Shown here: positions 40,410-53,243 of the stretch, piece after piece | Layout of the letters: each line of letters starts with the position of its first letter | Position numbering within the stretch: the stretch's first letter is position 1 | DNA from: the human T2T-CHM13v2.0 reference genome, Homo sapiens | Strand: one strand, 5' to 3' | Assembly (NCBI RefSeq): GCF_009914755.1 | Contig: NC_060925.1 | DNA length: 64,000 nucleotides | Notes under the pieces: model-generated | The model's input: the letters and a program-made list of their open reading frames with translations, nothing else | The model's database searches: none | What the model was told of the DNA's origin: nothing | Program-made: the position numbers and the translations under genes

Positions 40410-43400
40410 ACTCATAGCTTTGGGTAACTTACAGTGGAGGGTAAGTCCATCCCCTTCTTAATCAATACAGAGGCTACCAAGTCCATATTACCTTCTTTTC
40501 AAGGGCATGTTTCCCTTGCCTCCATAACTGTTGTGGGTATTGACGGCCAGGCTTCTAAATCTCTTAAAACTCCCCAACTCTGGTGCCAACTTGGACAACA
40601 TTCTTTAATGCACTCCTTTTTAGTTATCCCCACCTGCCCAGCTCCCTTATCAGGTGGAGATATTTTAACTAAATTATCTGCTGCCCTGACTATTGCTGGG
40701 CTATAGCCACAACTCATTGCTGCCTTTTGTCCCAGTTCAAAGCCTTCTTCACATCCTCTCCTTGTATATCCCCACCTTAATCCACAAGTATAGGATACCT
40801 CTACTCCCTCCTTGGCAATGGATGATGCACCCGTTACCATCCCATTAAAACCTAATCACCCTTACCCCACTCAATGCCAACATCCCATCCCACAGCATGC
40901 TTTAAATGGATTAAAGCACTTGCCTGTTACAGCATGGCCTTTTAAAGCCAATAAACTCTCCTTACAATTCCCTCATTTTACCTGTCCAAAAACCAGACAA
41001 GCCTTATAGGTTAGTTCAGTATCTGTGCCTTATCAACCAAATTGTCTTGCCTGTCCACTCCATGGTGTCAAAACCATATACTCTCCTATCCTCAATGCCT
41101 CCTTCCACAACCCCTCCATAACCCATTATTCTGTTCTGGATATCAAACATGCTTTCTTTATTGTTCCATTGCACCTTTTATCCCAGCCTCTCTTTGCTTT
41201 CACTTGCACTGACCCTGACACCCATCAGCCTCAGCAACTTACCTGGGCTGTACTGCCGCAAGGCTTCGCGGACAGCCCCCATTACTTCAGTCAAACCCAA
41301 ATTTCTCCCTCATCTGTTACCTATCTCAGCATAATTCCTCATGAAAACACATGTGCTCTCCCTGTTGATTGTGTCTGGCTAATCTCCCAAACCCAACCCC
41401 TTCTACAAAACAACAACTCTTTTCCTTCCTAGGCATGGTTAGGTACTTCCGCCTTTGGATACCTAGTTTTACCATCCTGACTAAACCATTATGTAAACTC
41501 ACAAAAGCAAACCTAGCTGACCCCATAGATCCTAAATCCTTTTGCCGCTCCTCTTTCTGTTCCTTAAAAACAGCCCCAGAAGCTGCCCCAATGCTGGCTT
41601 TCCCTAACTCATCCCAACCCTTTTCATTACACACAGGCAAGGTACAGGGCTGTGCGGTCAAAATTCTTACACAAGAGCCAGGACCATGCCCTGTAGGCTT
41701 TCTGTTCATACAACTTGACCTTACTGTTTTAGGCTGGCCCCCACCCCAGTGACTATATCTCTCTGATCCACCTGACATTCACTCCATTTCCCTGTAGTTC
41801 CTTCTTTCATGTTCCTCACCCTGATCACACTTGGTTTATTGATGGCAGTTCCACCAGGCCTAATCTCCACTCACCAGCAAAGGCAGGCTATGCTAGAGTA
41901 TCTTCCACATCTATCATTGAGGCTACCACTCTGCCCCCCTCCATTACCTCTCAGCAAGCTGAACTCATTGCCTTAACTTGAGCCCTCACTCTTGCAAAGG
42001 AATTTTGTGTCAATATTTATAGTGACTCTAAATATGCCTTCCATATCCTGCACCACCTTGCTGTTATATGGGCTGAAAGAGGTTTCCTCACTATGCAAGG
42101 GTCCTCCATCATTAATGCCTCTTTAATAAAAACTCTTCTGAAGGCCACTTTACTTCCAAAGGAAGCTGGAGTCATACACTGCAAGGGCCACCAAAAGGCA
42201 TCAGATCCTATCACTGAGGGCAACGCTTATGCTGATAAGGTAGCTAAAGAAGCAGCCAGCATTCCAACTTCCATCCTTCATGGCCAGTTTTTCTCCTTCT
42301 AATTGGTCACTCCTATTTACTCTCCTACTGAAGTTTCCACCTATCAATCTCTTCCCACACAAGGCAAATGGTTCTTGGACCAAGGAAAATACCTCCTTCC
42401 AGCCTCACAGGCCCATTCTATTCTGTCATCATTTCATAACCTCTTCCATGTAGGTTACACACTGTTAGCTCCTCTCTTAAAACCTCTCATTTCCTTTCCA
42501 TCATGAATATCTATCCCCAGTCCTCCACTCTTGACTCCCTCTTGGAGTGGATAGATGATCTTTGCTGACAGGACACACTCCAACACTTTCACCCTGATGA
42601 AGTCCTATTCTTTACTTTTATACTCACTCTTATTCTCATTCCCATTCTTATGCCACCCTCTACCTCTCCTCAGCTATCTCCACCACACTATCAATCTCAC
42701 TCACTCTCTCCTAGCCATTTCTAATCCTTCTTTAACAAACAATTGCTGGCTTTGCATTTCTCTTTCCTCCAAAATCACTGAGGCCTCAATTTACTCACTG
42801 CTGAAAAAGGAGGATTCTGTGTATTTTTAAATTAAGAATGTTGTTTTTACCTAAATCAATCTGGCCTGGCATATGACAACATAAAAAAACTCAAGGATAT
42901 AAAAACTCACCAAAAAACCGCCCAAAACTCACCAACCAAACAAATAATTATGCTGAACACCCTTGGGCACTCTCTAATTGGATGTCCTGGGTCCTCCCAA
43001 TTCTTAGTCCTTTAATACCTGTTTTTCTTCTTCTCTTATTCAGACCTTGTGTCTTTCGTTTAGTTTCTCAATTCATACAAAACCGCATCCAGGCCATCAC
43101 CAATAATTCTATACAACAAATGCTTCTTCTGACAACTCCACAATATCACTCCTTACCCCAAAATCTTTCTTCAGTTTAATCTCTCCTACTCTAGGTTCCC
43201 ACACCGCCCCTAATCCCACTTGAAGCAGCCCTGAGAAACATCACCTATTATCTCTCCATACCACCCCCCCAAATTTTTGCTGCCCCAACACTTCACCACT
43301 ATTTTGTTTTGTTTTTCTTATTAATATATGAAGACAGAAATGTCAGGCCTCTGAGCACAAGCTAAGCCATCATATCCCCTGTGAACTGCGTGTATACATC

Positions 43401-43763
43401 CAGATGGCTTGAAGCAACTGAAGATCCACAAAAGAAGTGAAAATAGCCTTAACTGATGACATTCCACCATTGTGATTTGTTCCTGCCCTACCCTAACTGA
43501 AAATATATATTCTCCCCCACCCTTAAGAAGGTACTTTGTAATATTCTTCCCCACCCTTAAGAAGGTACTTTGTAATATTCTCCCCCTGCCCTTAAGAAGG
43601 TACTTTGTACACCTATCCCAAACCAGTAAGAACTAATGATAATCTCACCACCATTTACTGACTCATTTTTCGGACTCAGTCTGCCTGCACCCAGGTGAAA
43701 TAAACAGCCTTGTTGCTCACACAAAGCCTGTTTCGTGGTCTCTTTACACGGACATGTGAGACA
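40410..43763 (+). mobile_element. HERV-H remnant (pro-pol, env stub, complete 3' LTR7-family LTR at 43341-43763); 5' LTR and gag lost
   Basis: HERV-H peptides (LKTPQLWCQLGQ, LTWAVLPQGF, FLGMVRYFRLWIP, LLPKEAGVIHCKGHQKASDPI); LTR tgtcaggcctctgagc... with ccttaagaaggtactttgta repeats. Confidence 0.92.
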
Positions 43764-45446
43764 CTAGCCATTTACAAACTTGGGGCTCTGGCAAGGGTAG
43801 TGGGGAATAGTTCCCACGTAACTGCCCATGTCTAGAGCTGTATGCCTAAATTGGGAGGGACACCAGGGGTAAGACTCCCTGGGTTCATAGTCTACATGCC
43901 TAAGGATGCAGTGTAGAGCTTCCTTAGATCCCTTTGGAGATATAACTTGCTCTAATACTTGGAGAGGAAATGAAAGTCTGAAGCATTAGTACCTAGGAGG
44001 CAGGGATCGGAGGAAGTAGATTCAGAGGTAAGGAGAATTTTGGGGCTACACTTTCAAGAAAGTCATGGTCAGGACCCAGGAGGTATGGGTCAGAAGGAGA
44101 GGTAGGGGCGCATGCATGGGCAACTGTTGAGTAGAGACTTCTGGCTGTGCCATGATCTCGACTGGCCAATGCCAGGAGTTCAGGATGACAGCTTTCTGCC
44201 TCTAGTCGGCCCTTGGCTTCCCCCAGGAAATTGTGAAAGCAGAAGCTGGTTCCAGGCAGACCAGTGCTCCCAACCCAGAAGGGTTGGGGGTTGTTAGAAA
44301 GCCTTTTCCCAGGAAGCCTCACACTTGAGTCTTAAGTCCAGCAGCCATGCTAATCATTTTTAACTGGCCAACAGGTGCCCAGTATTTTCCTCCAGTTCTA
44401 AGGAAGGATAGGACAGAATAGCAAGCAAAAGTGGTACAATATTACTCACTGCTTTGGAGAATCCCTGTATGGTTGCCACCAAATGTTACGGGTGGGTCTT
44501 TGTTCTGCACATGTATTTTTTACATGCATAGAATGTGTAATGATCAAGTCAGGGTATTTGGGGTACCTATCACCTTGAGTATTTATCATTTCTATGTATT
44601 GGTAACATTTCAAATCCTCTCTTCTAGCTACTTTGAAATGTACAATGCATTGTTGCCAACTATAGGCACCCTACTGTGCAAGAGAATACTGGGGCTTCTT
44701 TGTTCTATCTAACTATATGTTTGTACCAGTTAACAAATCTCTCTTTATCCTCCCTCCCACCCACACATTCTTCTTAGCCTTTGTTATCTATCATTCTTTT
44801 CTCTGTCTCCAGGAGATCAATTTTTTTAAACTCCCATATATGAGTGAGAACATGAGGTATCTGTCTTTCTGTGTCTAAGTTTTTTCATTTAAAGTAATGA
44901 CCTCTAGCTCCATCCATGTTGCTGCAAATGACATAATTTCATTCTTTCTTATGTCCAAATCACATTTGACTTGTATATGTGTGTATGTGTGTGTGTGTGT
45001 ACATATATATATATATACGCATACATGTATGTCACATTTTCTATATTCATTCATCTATCGATGACACAGATTGATTCTATATCTTTGCTATTGTGAATAG
45101 CACAGTCATAAACATGCAAGTGCAGGCATTCCTTTGGTATACAGACTTCCTTTGGACAAATATCCAGTAGTGGGATTGCCCGATCATATGGTAGTTCTAC
45201 TTTTAGTTTTGTGAGAAATCCTGATACTGTTTTCCATTGTGGTTGTACTAATTTACATTCCCACTAACAGTGTATAAGATTTCCCTTTTCTCCACATCCT
45301 CACCAGCATCTGTTATTTTTTGTAATTTTATTAATAGCCATTCTCATGGGGGTAAGATGATATTTCATTGTGGCTTTGATTTGCATTTCCCTGATGCTTA
45401 GTGATGTTGAGCATTTTTTCATATACCTGCTGTCCATTTGTAGTCT

Positions 45447-45764
45447 TTTTATTTTTTAATTTAATTTAATTTAATTTTTTTTTGAGACAGAGTCTCTTTC
45501 TGTAACCCAGGCTGGAGTGCAGTGGCAGGATCATAGCTCACTGTAACCTCAAACTCCTGTGCTCAAGTGATCCTCCTGTCTCAGCCTCCTGAGTAGCTGG
45601 GACTACAGGTGCGCACCACCATGCCTGGCTAATTTTTTAAATTTTTGTGGGGACAGGGTCTCAGTATATTTCTCAGACTGGTCTCAAACTCCTGACCTCA
45701 AGTAATCCTCCTGCCTTGGCATCCCAAAATGCTGGGATTACAGATGTGAGCCACCATGCCCAGT
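45447..45764 (-). mobile_element. AluJ-type in the inner L1
   Basis: Dimer with (TTTAA)n tail. Confidence 0.88.
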
Positions 45765-46357
45765 CTGTATGTCTTCTTTTGAGAAATATGTATTCATGTC
45801 ATTTGCCCACTTTTAAATGAGATTATTTGTTTTTTTATTATTGTTGAGTTGTTTGATATTCCTGTATATTCTGGCTATTAGTCCCTTGTCAGATGAATAG
45901 TTTGCAAATATTTTCTCCCATTCAGTAAGTTGTCTCTTCACTCTGTTGATTGTTTCCTTTGATGTGTAGAAGCTTTTTAGTTCAATATAGTCCCATTTGT
46001 CTATTTTTGTTATAGTTTCTGTGCTTTTGAGGTCTTAGCCATAAAATCTTTGCCTAGACTCATGTCTTAAAATATTTTCTCTATGTTTTTTCCTAGCAGT
46101 TTTATAGTTTCGGGTCTTATGTTTACAGTTTTAATCCATCTTCAGTGATTTTTGTGTATGGGGAGAGAAAAGGGTCCAGTTTCATTCTTCTGGATACAGA
46201 TATCCAATTTTCCCAACATCATTTATTGAAGAGGGTATCTTTCCCCCAGTGTATGTTCTTGAAGCTTTTATTGAAAATCAGTTAGCTGTGAATGTGTGGA
46301 TTTATTTCTGGACTGTCTATTCTGTTCCATTGGTCTATGTGTCTGTTTTTATACCAG

Positions 46358-46556
46358 TGCCTCAACCTCCCAAGTAGCTGGGATTACAAATGCCTGCCAT
46401 TATGCCCGGCACATTTTTTTTTTTTTTTGTATTTTTAGTAAAGATGGGGTTTTGCCATGTTGGCCAGGCTTGTCTTGAACTCTTCACCTCAAGTGATCTG
46501 CCCACCTCAGCCTCCCAAAGTGCTGGGATTACAGGCGTGAGCCACCACACCCAGCC
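46358..46556 (-). mobile_element. Partial Alu at an L1 internal deletion junction
   Basis: Alu left arm plus part of the right arm; flanks are distant parts of L1 ORF2. Confidence 0.85.
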
Positions 46557-49500
46557 CTTTTTACTCTTTTTGACTTAATTTTATCTGATATAAGTATAGC
46601 TACTTCTGCTTGCTTTTGGTTTCCATTTGCATGGAATATCTTTTTCCATTCCTTTGAGTGTAGATGTTTCTTTCTTGTAGGCACTATTTTGTTGGATTTT
46701 GTTTCTTTATCCATTCAGCCAGTCTATATTTTTTAAGTGGAAAATTTAATTCATTCACATTCAAGGCTATTATTGATATGGAGGTTTTATTACTGTCATA
46801 TTGTTAATTATTTTCTGGTTGTTTTGTATATTCTTTGTTCTTTTCTTCCCTCTTGTTGATAGTAATTGTGGTTTGGTGGTTTACTGTAGTGGTACCACTT
46901 AAGTCCTATCTCTTCCTCATTTATGTATTTGGTTTACCAGTGAGTTTTATACTTTTGTGTGTTTTTATTATGGTAAATGTCCTTTCACTTCCAAGTTCAG
47001 GACTCCCTTGGACATTTCTTGTAGGGCTGGTCTTGTGGTGTGTTCCCTCAGAATTTACTTGTCTGGGAAAAACTGTTTCTCCTTCATTTATGAATTTTGC
47101 TGGATGTAGTGTCCTTGGGTGGCAGGTTTTTTCTCCCAGCACTTTCAATATGTTATCCCATTCTCTCCTGGCCTGCAAGGTTTTGATATGGGTTTCTTTA
47201 TAGGTGACTAGTTGCTTTTCTCTTACTGTTTTTAGTATTCTATACTTTGCTTTGACTTTAGACAGTTTGATTACAATATGCCATGGAGAAGATCTTTTTC
47301 CATTATATTTGTTAGGGAATCTTTGGGCCTCCTCCATCTGGATATCTAGATCTCTTGCTAGATTTGGGAAGTTTTCAACTAATATTTTGTTAAATAAGTT
47401 TTCTAACCCTTTGTTTTCTCTTCACTCTCAGGGACAGTGGTAATTTGAATATTTGTTCACTTTATGTTGTACCAAAGGTTACAAAAGCTCTGCTTATTCT
47501 TTCTAATTTTTTCTTTATTTTAATCTGCCTGGATTAGTTCAAAAGACTTGTCTTCAAGTTCTGAAATTCTTTTTTCTGTTTGATCTAGACTATTGAAGCT
47601 TTCAAATGTATTTTGTATTTAATTCAATGAATTATTCAGTTCCAGAATAAAAAAAAAACTATCTCTTCAGTAAAGTTCTCATTCATATCCTGAATTGTTT
47701 TTTTATTTCTGTGTATTGTTTTTCAGAATTATCTCACATCTCTCTGAGCTCTCTTAAACTCTGTATTTTGAATTATTTATCTGGGATTTCATAATTTCTT
47801 TTATGGGATCTGCTGTTGGAGATTTATTGTGTTCCTTTGGAAGTATCAGATTCCTTTACTTTTTCTTTTTTTTATGTAAAAACAAACAGTCCAAGAAAAC
47901 ATTTAGATTCCTTTACTTTTTCATGTTTCCTGTGCCTTTACATTGACATCTGTGCACCTAGTGTAACAGTTGCTTATTCCAATTTTTTGTATTTGCTTTC
48001 ATAGAGGAGTATTTATTCAGGATGTATATGTGTTTTCGGCGGGTAGGGCACTTTGGCTTTGATTTTGGGTGAGTGCACTGGTATAATCTTTCTATGGTTT
48101 TTTTCAGTTGTAAATACAATCAGTGGTATCTGTGATTTCCTCAGTGACTTAGGGTGCAGTTATTAGTGGAGGCTGTGGTGAAGTTTTTGCTAGGGACTAG
48201 GATGCCAGGTGGGCTAGCCTTTGGGCCCCAGTTTTGGCAGCAGGGGGCTGAGCATGCTGTCATTGGTTCCCAAGGCAGCTTATGCTAGCATTAGTGTTAG
48301 TGGGTCCAGGGAGGCTGATTACTGGGCCTCCAGGTGGCTTGCTGTGATGCCAGTAGAGACAGTGGTGGGCTGGGCATGTTGACAGGTTTTTGGGCCCCTG
48401 GGCAGAGAGGCTAATGTGGGTGGTGGCAGTAGCAGTAGAGGAACAACTCACTGAAACCCAAGTAGTCTGTGCTGGTGTTGGTGGTGGCTGTGACAGGTTA
48501 AGTGGGCCAGTTCCATAGCCCATTGGTGGCATGTACAGGTAGGTACTGTCTTTGGTAGTATTGACAGATTGGGTTGGCCTGACTTCAGATCCTGGGAGGA
48601 GTGTTCAAGTGCCAATGATGGTAGACTGGGCCAGAAGATCTCCAGGCCCCTGAATGGCATGCTTGAGTACTGGGGGGACAGGATTGGGCTAGTAGACTTG
48701 TCCTCAAGTCCCTGAGTATTGCATTCAGGGGCCAGCTGTGATAGACAGGGCTGGGTGGTCTCCAGGCCACCAGCAGAATCCTCAGGTAGGGGCAGTGGTG
48801 GCTGCGAACATTTCTCTAGTTCTCAGAGGAATGTGGAGCCCTGAGGGCCTCTCACCCTTTCTCTAGTGTGTGGGAGCTTATCTCAGCTCCTAGCTGATCC
48901 TGGCTGAGCAGGCTGTCTTGCTTCCCTCTTTTTCTTTGCTTTTGGTGCTTCCTGTCACTTCTCTTTTGAATTACATTGTTCTCTCATAGATAATCTATTT
49001 GAAGTATGAATATCTACTTGTTATTTTGGCTCATCTCCAAAGAAGAGGTGTGTTCTAGCTGCATCTAGTCAGCTAAATTGAACGCTTGCTTGCTGTAATT
49101 TTGTATCATTTAACAAATCTCTCTATCCCTTCCTTCCCCCTACCCTTCCTAATCTCTAGTATCCTCTGTTCTACTTTTTATTTCTATGAGATCAACTTTT
49201 TTTTAGCTTCCATATATGAATGAGAACATGCAGGGTTTAACTTTCTGTTTCTGGCTTATTTCACTTAATGCAATGTTTGCCAGTTTCATCCATGTTGCTG
49301 CAAATGACAGGATTTCATTCTTTTATATAGGTGAATAGTAAACCATTGTGTATACACACTACATTTTCTTCATCCAATTATATCTTGTTGGACACCCAGG
49401 TTGATTTTATATCTTGGCTATTGTGAATAGTGCTGTAATAAACATCAGGGTGCAGATGTCTCTCTGATATAATTATATCCTTTCTATTGGATAAATTCCT

Positions 49501-50215
49501 ATTAGTGAGATTGCTGGATCATATGTTCCCATATGATCTATTTGTAGTTTTTTTTTTTTGAGGAAACTCCATAGTGCTCTTCATAGTGGCTGTACTAGTT
49601 TATATTTCCACCAGCAGTGTATAGGAATTCCCTTTTCTCCACATCCTTGTCAGCATTTGTTATTTTTTGTCTTTTTGATAATAGCCATCCTAACTGGGGT
49701 GAGATGATACCTCACTGTGGTTTTGATTTGCATTTCCTGGATGATTAGTGATGTTTAGCATTTTAAAATTATACCTGTTGGCCATTTATATGTCCTCTCT
49801 TGAGAAGTGTCTGTTCAGGTCACTTGCCCATTTTTAAATCAGATTGTTTTTTGACTGTTAAGAAGTTTGAGTTCTTTATATATTCTGGATATAAATTTCC
49901 TGTTGGATAAGTAGTTTGAAAATATTTTCACCCATTCTGTAAGTTGTTTTTTCCCTCTGTTGATGGTTTCTGTTGTTGTGCAAAAGCTTTTTGGTTTGGT
50001 AATCCCATTTGCTTGTTTTTGCTTTTGTTGCCTGTGCTTATAAGGTATTATCCATAAAATCTTTTTCCAGACCAATGTCCTGAAGTGTTTCCCCTATGTT
50101 TTCTTCCAGTAGTTTAATTGTTGTGTGTCTTACATTTAGGTCTTAGATCCATTTTCAGTTAATTTTTGTATAGGGTGAGTGGTGGGAGCCTAGTTTCATT
50201 CTGCATGTTGGTATC

Positions 50216-50403
50216 CAGTTTTCCTAGCATCACGTTTATTTTTTTGAGACAGAATCTCACTCTGTTGCCCAGGCTGGAGAGCAGTGGTGCAGTCACAGCA
50301 CACTGCAGCCTTGACTTCCCAGGCTCAAGCAAGGGAAGAGGTGAGAGGTCACCTCAGCCTCCCAAAGTGCTGGAATTATAGATGTGAGCCATTGGACCCA
50401 GCC
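50216..50403 (-). mobile_element. Internally deleted AluJ
   Basis: Alu 3' and 5' ends joined by a non-Alu filler (aagggaagaggtgagaggtc). Confidence 0.75.
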
Positions 50404-53075
50404 CCCAGCATCATTTATTGAAGAGGTGTCCCAATGAGTGTTCTTGACATCTTTGTCAAAAATCAGTTGGCTGTAAATATGTGGATTAATTTCTGGGTTC
50501 TCTACTCTGTTCTATTGGTCTATGTGTCTGTTTTTATGCAATACCATGTGTTTTGGTTACTATAGCTCTGTAGTATATGTTGAGGTCTGGTATTGTGATA
50601 TCTCTAGCATTGTTCTTTTTGCTCAGGGTTGCTTTGGCCATTTGGAGTCTTTTGTGGTTCCACACAAATTTTAGGATTTTTTTTTTCTATTTCTCTGAAA
50701 AATGTCATTGGTATTTTCATAGGGATTGGATTGAATCTGCAGATTGCATTGGTTAGGATTGTCATTTTAATTATATGAATTATTCCATTCCATGAGGATG
50801 GGATATTTTTCCATTTGTTTGTATCATCTTCATTTTCTTTATTTTAAATCAGTTTTTTGTAGTTTTCTTGAGGAGGTCTTTCACCTTCTTGGTTAAATTT
50901 ATTCCTAGGTATTTTATATATTTTTTGCTATTGTAAATGGGATTGCCCTCTTGATTTCTTTTTCAGCTAGTTTGCTGTTTGTGTGTAGAGCTGCTACTGA
51001 TTTTTGTATATTAAGTTTGTATCCTGCAATTTTACTGAATTCATTTATCGGTTCTAAGAAAAAAAAAACCCTTTAGGTTTTTCTATATATAAGATTATGT
51101 CATCTGCAAACAGGAATAATTTGATTTCCTCCTTTCCAATTTCAATACCTTTTATTTCTTTTTCTTGCCTGACTGCTCTGACTAGCACTTCCAGCACTAT
51201 GTTGACTACAAATGGTGAAGGTAGGTATCTTTGCCCAGTTATACTTCTTAGAGGAAAATCTTTAAGCTTTTCTCAGTTCAGTAAGATATTAGTTGTGGAT
51301 TTATCATATAAGGCCTTTATTAGGTTGAGGTACTTTCCTTTTATACCTAATTTATTAAGGGTTTTTATAATAAAGAAATGTTGAATTTTATAAAAAGCTT
51401 TTTCTGCATCTATTGAGATTATCATAGTATTTTATCCTCCATTCTATTGATGTGATGGGTGACAATTATTGATATGCATATTTTGAATCATCTTTGCATT
51501 CCTGGTATAAATCCCACTCAATCATGGGGTATTATGTTTCTGATGTGCTGTTAGATTTGGTTTTCTAGTATTTGCTGAGGATTTTTGCATTTATGTTCAC
51601 TAGAGGTATTGCCCTGTTGTGTCCTTGTCTGGTGTTGGTATCAGGATTATGCTGGCCTCATAGAATGAGTTAGGAAGAATTCCTTCTGATCTAATATTTT
51701 GGAATAGTTTGAGAATAATTGGTAATAATTCTTTAAAGGTTCAGTAGAATTAAGCAATGGAGCAATTGGTCCTGGACTTTTCTCTGTTGGAAGGATTTTT
51801 ATTACTATTTGATTTTGTTGCTTGTTACTGATCTGTTTGTGTTTTCTGTTTCTTCTTGGTTCAATCTTGGTAAGTTGTATGTTTCCAGGAATTTATCCAT
51901 TTCCTTCAGATTTTCCAGTTTGTCAGCATATGATTGTTCACAATATTCTGTAATGATCTTTTGTATTTCTATGGTATACATTGTAATGTCTTCTTTTTTG
52001 TTTCTGATTTCATTTATTTGGGTTCTCTCTCTTTTCTCTTAGTCTATTAAATGATTTGTTAGTTTTGTTTATCTTTTCAAAAAATCAACTTTTGCTTCAT
52101 TGATCCTTTGTATTGTTATTGTTTTTCTAGTCTCAGTTTCATTTATTTTTGCCCTTATTATTTATTTCTTTCTATTAATTTTGGGTATGGTTTGTTCCTG
52201 CTTTTTTAGTTTTTTGAGGAACATTGTTAGGTTGTTTGAGACCTTTTTAGTTTTTTGATGTAGGCATTTATTGCTATATACTTGCTTCTTAATACTGCTT
52301 TTGCTGTATCCTACAGGTTTTGGTATGTGTATTTGTATTTTCATTTTTTCCAGGAATTTAAAAATTTTACTCTTAATTTATTTCTTCACCGATTGGTCAT
52401 TCAGGAGCATGTTGTTTAATTTCCATTCATTTGTATAGTTTCCAAAGTTCCTGTTGGTGTTGATAACTAGTTTTATTCCACTGTGGTCTGAGAAGACACT
52501 TAATATAATTTTGATTCTTTAAAACTTGTTGAGACTGTTTTGTGGCCTAATATATGGTCCATCCTGGAGAATGTTCTGTGTTCTGATGAAAATAATGTGT
52601 ATTCTGTAGCAATTGGGTGAAAGGTTCTGTAAATATCTCTTAGGTCCACTAGGTCTATGGTGCAGTTTAAATCTGATGTTTCTTTGTTGATTTTCTGTCT
52701 AGATGATCTGTCCAGGGACAAGAGTAGGGTGTTGCAGTCCCCAACTGTTATTATATTAGGACCTGTCTCTTCCCTTAGATCTAATAATATTTGCTTTATT
52801 TGTATGTGAGTGCTCCAGTGTTGGGTGCCCATATATTTACAACAGTTATATTCTCTCATTGAATTGACACCTTTGCTGTTATATAATGTCCTTCTTTAGC
52901 TCTTTACAGCTTTTAACTTGAAGTCTGTTTTGTCTGATATAAGTATAGCTACTCCTGCTCAAATATGGTTTCCTTTTGCATGGAGTATCTTTTTCTATCT
53001 GTCCTCTTTCAGTCTGTGTGTCTTTAAAGGTAAGCAGCATATGACTGGGTCTTGTGTTTTTATCCATTCAGCCAG

Positions 53076-53243
53076 TGTATGTGTATACATATATATATAT
53101 ATGTGTATATATATATGTGTGTGTATATATATATATATGTGTATATATATACATATATATGTATATGTATATATATATACATATATATGTATATGTATAT
53201 ATATATACACATATATATATATATATACACATATATATATATA
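53076..53243. repeat. (TA/TG/CA)n compound microsatellite at the poly(A) end of the HERV-H retrocopy
   Basis: Read directly. Confidence 0.95.

Larger units (their letters stand above)
34984..44505 (-). mobile_element. HERV-W (HERV17/LTR17) processed pseudogene: partial U5, Trp-like PBS, AG-rich leader, gag, deleted pol, deleted env, U3-R, poly(A)
   Basis: 3' LTR (35003-35333) stops after ATTAAA at ...cttgcaactgca plus A-rich tail; syncytin-like Env termini; gag VPFSLSDLKQIKIDLGKFSDNPDGY; integrase EDWQLDFTHMPK; tgcac flanks both ends. Confidence 0.9.
34920..49088 (-). mobile_element. Inner L1MA-type element (3' end 34920-34983; body 44506-49088 with ORF1 and 5' UTR remnants)
   Basis: 3' UTR resumes after HERV-W; ORF1 peptide at 46921-47337 (EAQRFPNK...LQARREWDNILKVL); degenerate TSD ctagccataattttg (34901) / cttgctgtaattttg (49089). 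Confidence 0.78.

Noticed and set aside
43510-43610. Three ~32 bp direct repeats resembling a CRISPR array
   Set aside because: No unique spacers, eukaryotic context; these are internal U3 repeats of HERV-H LTRs.
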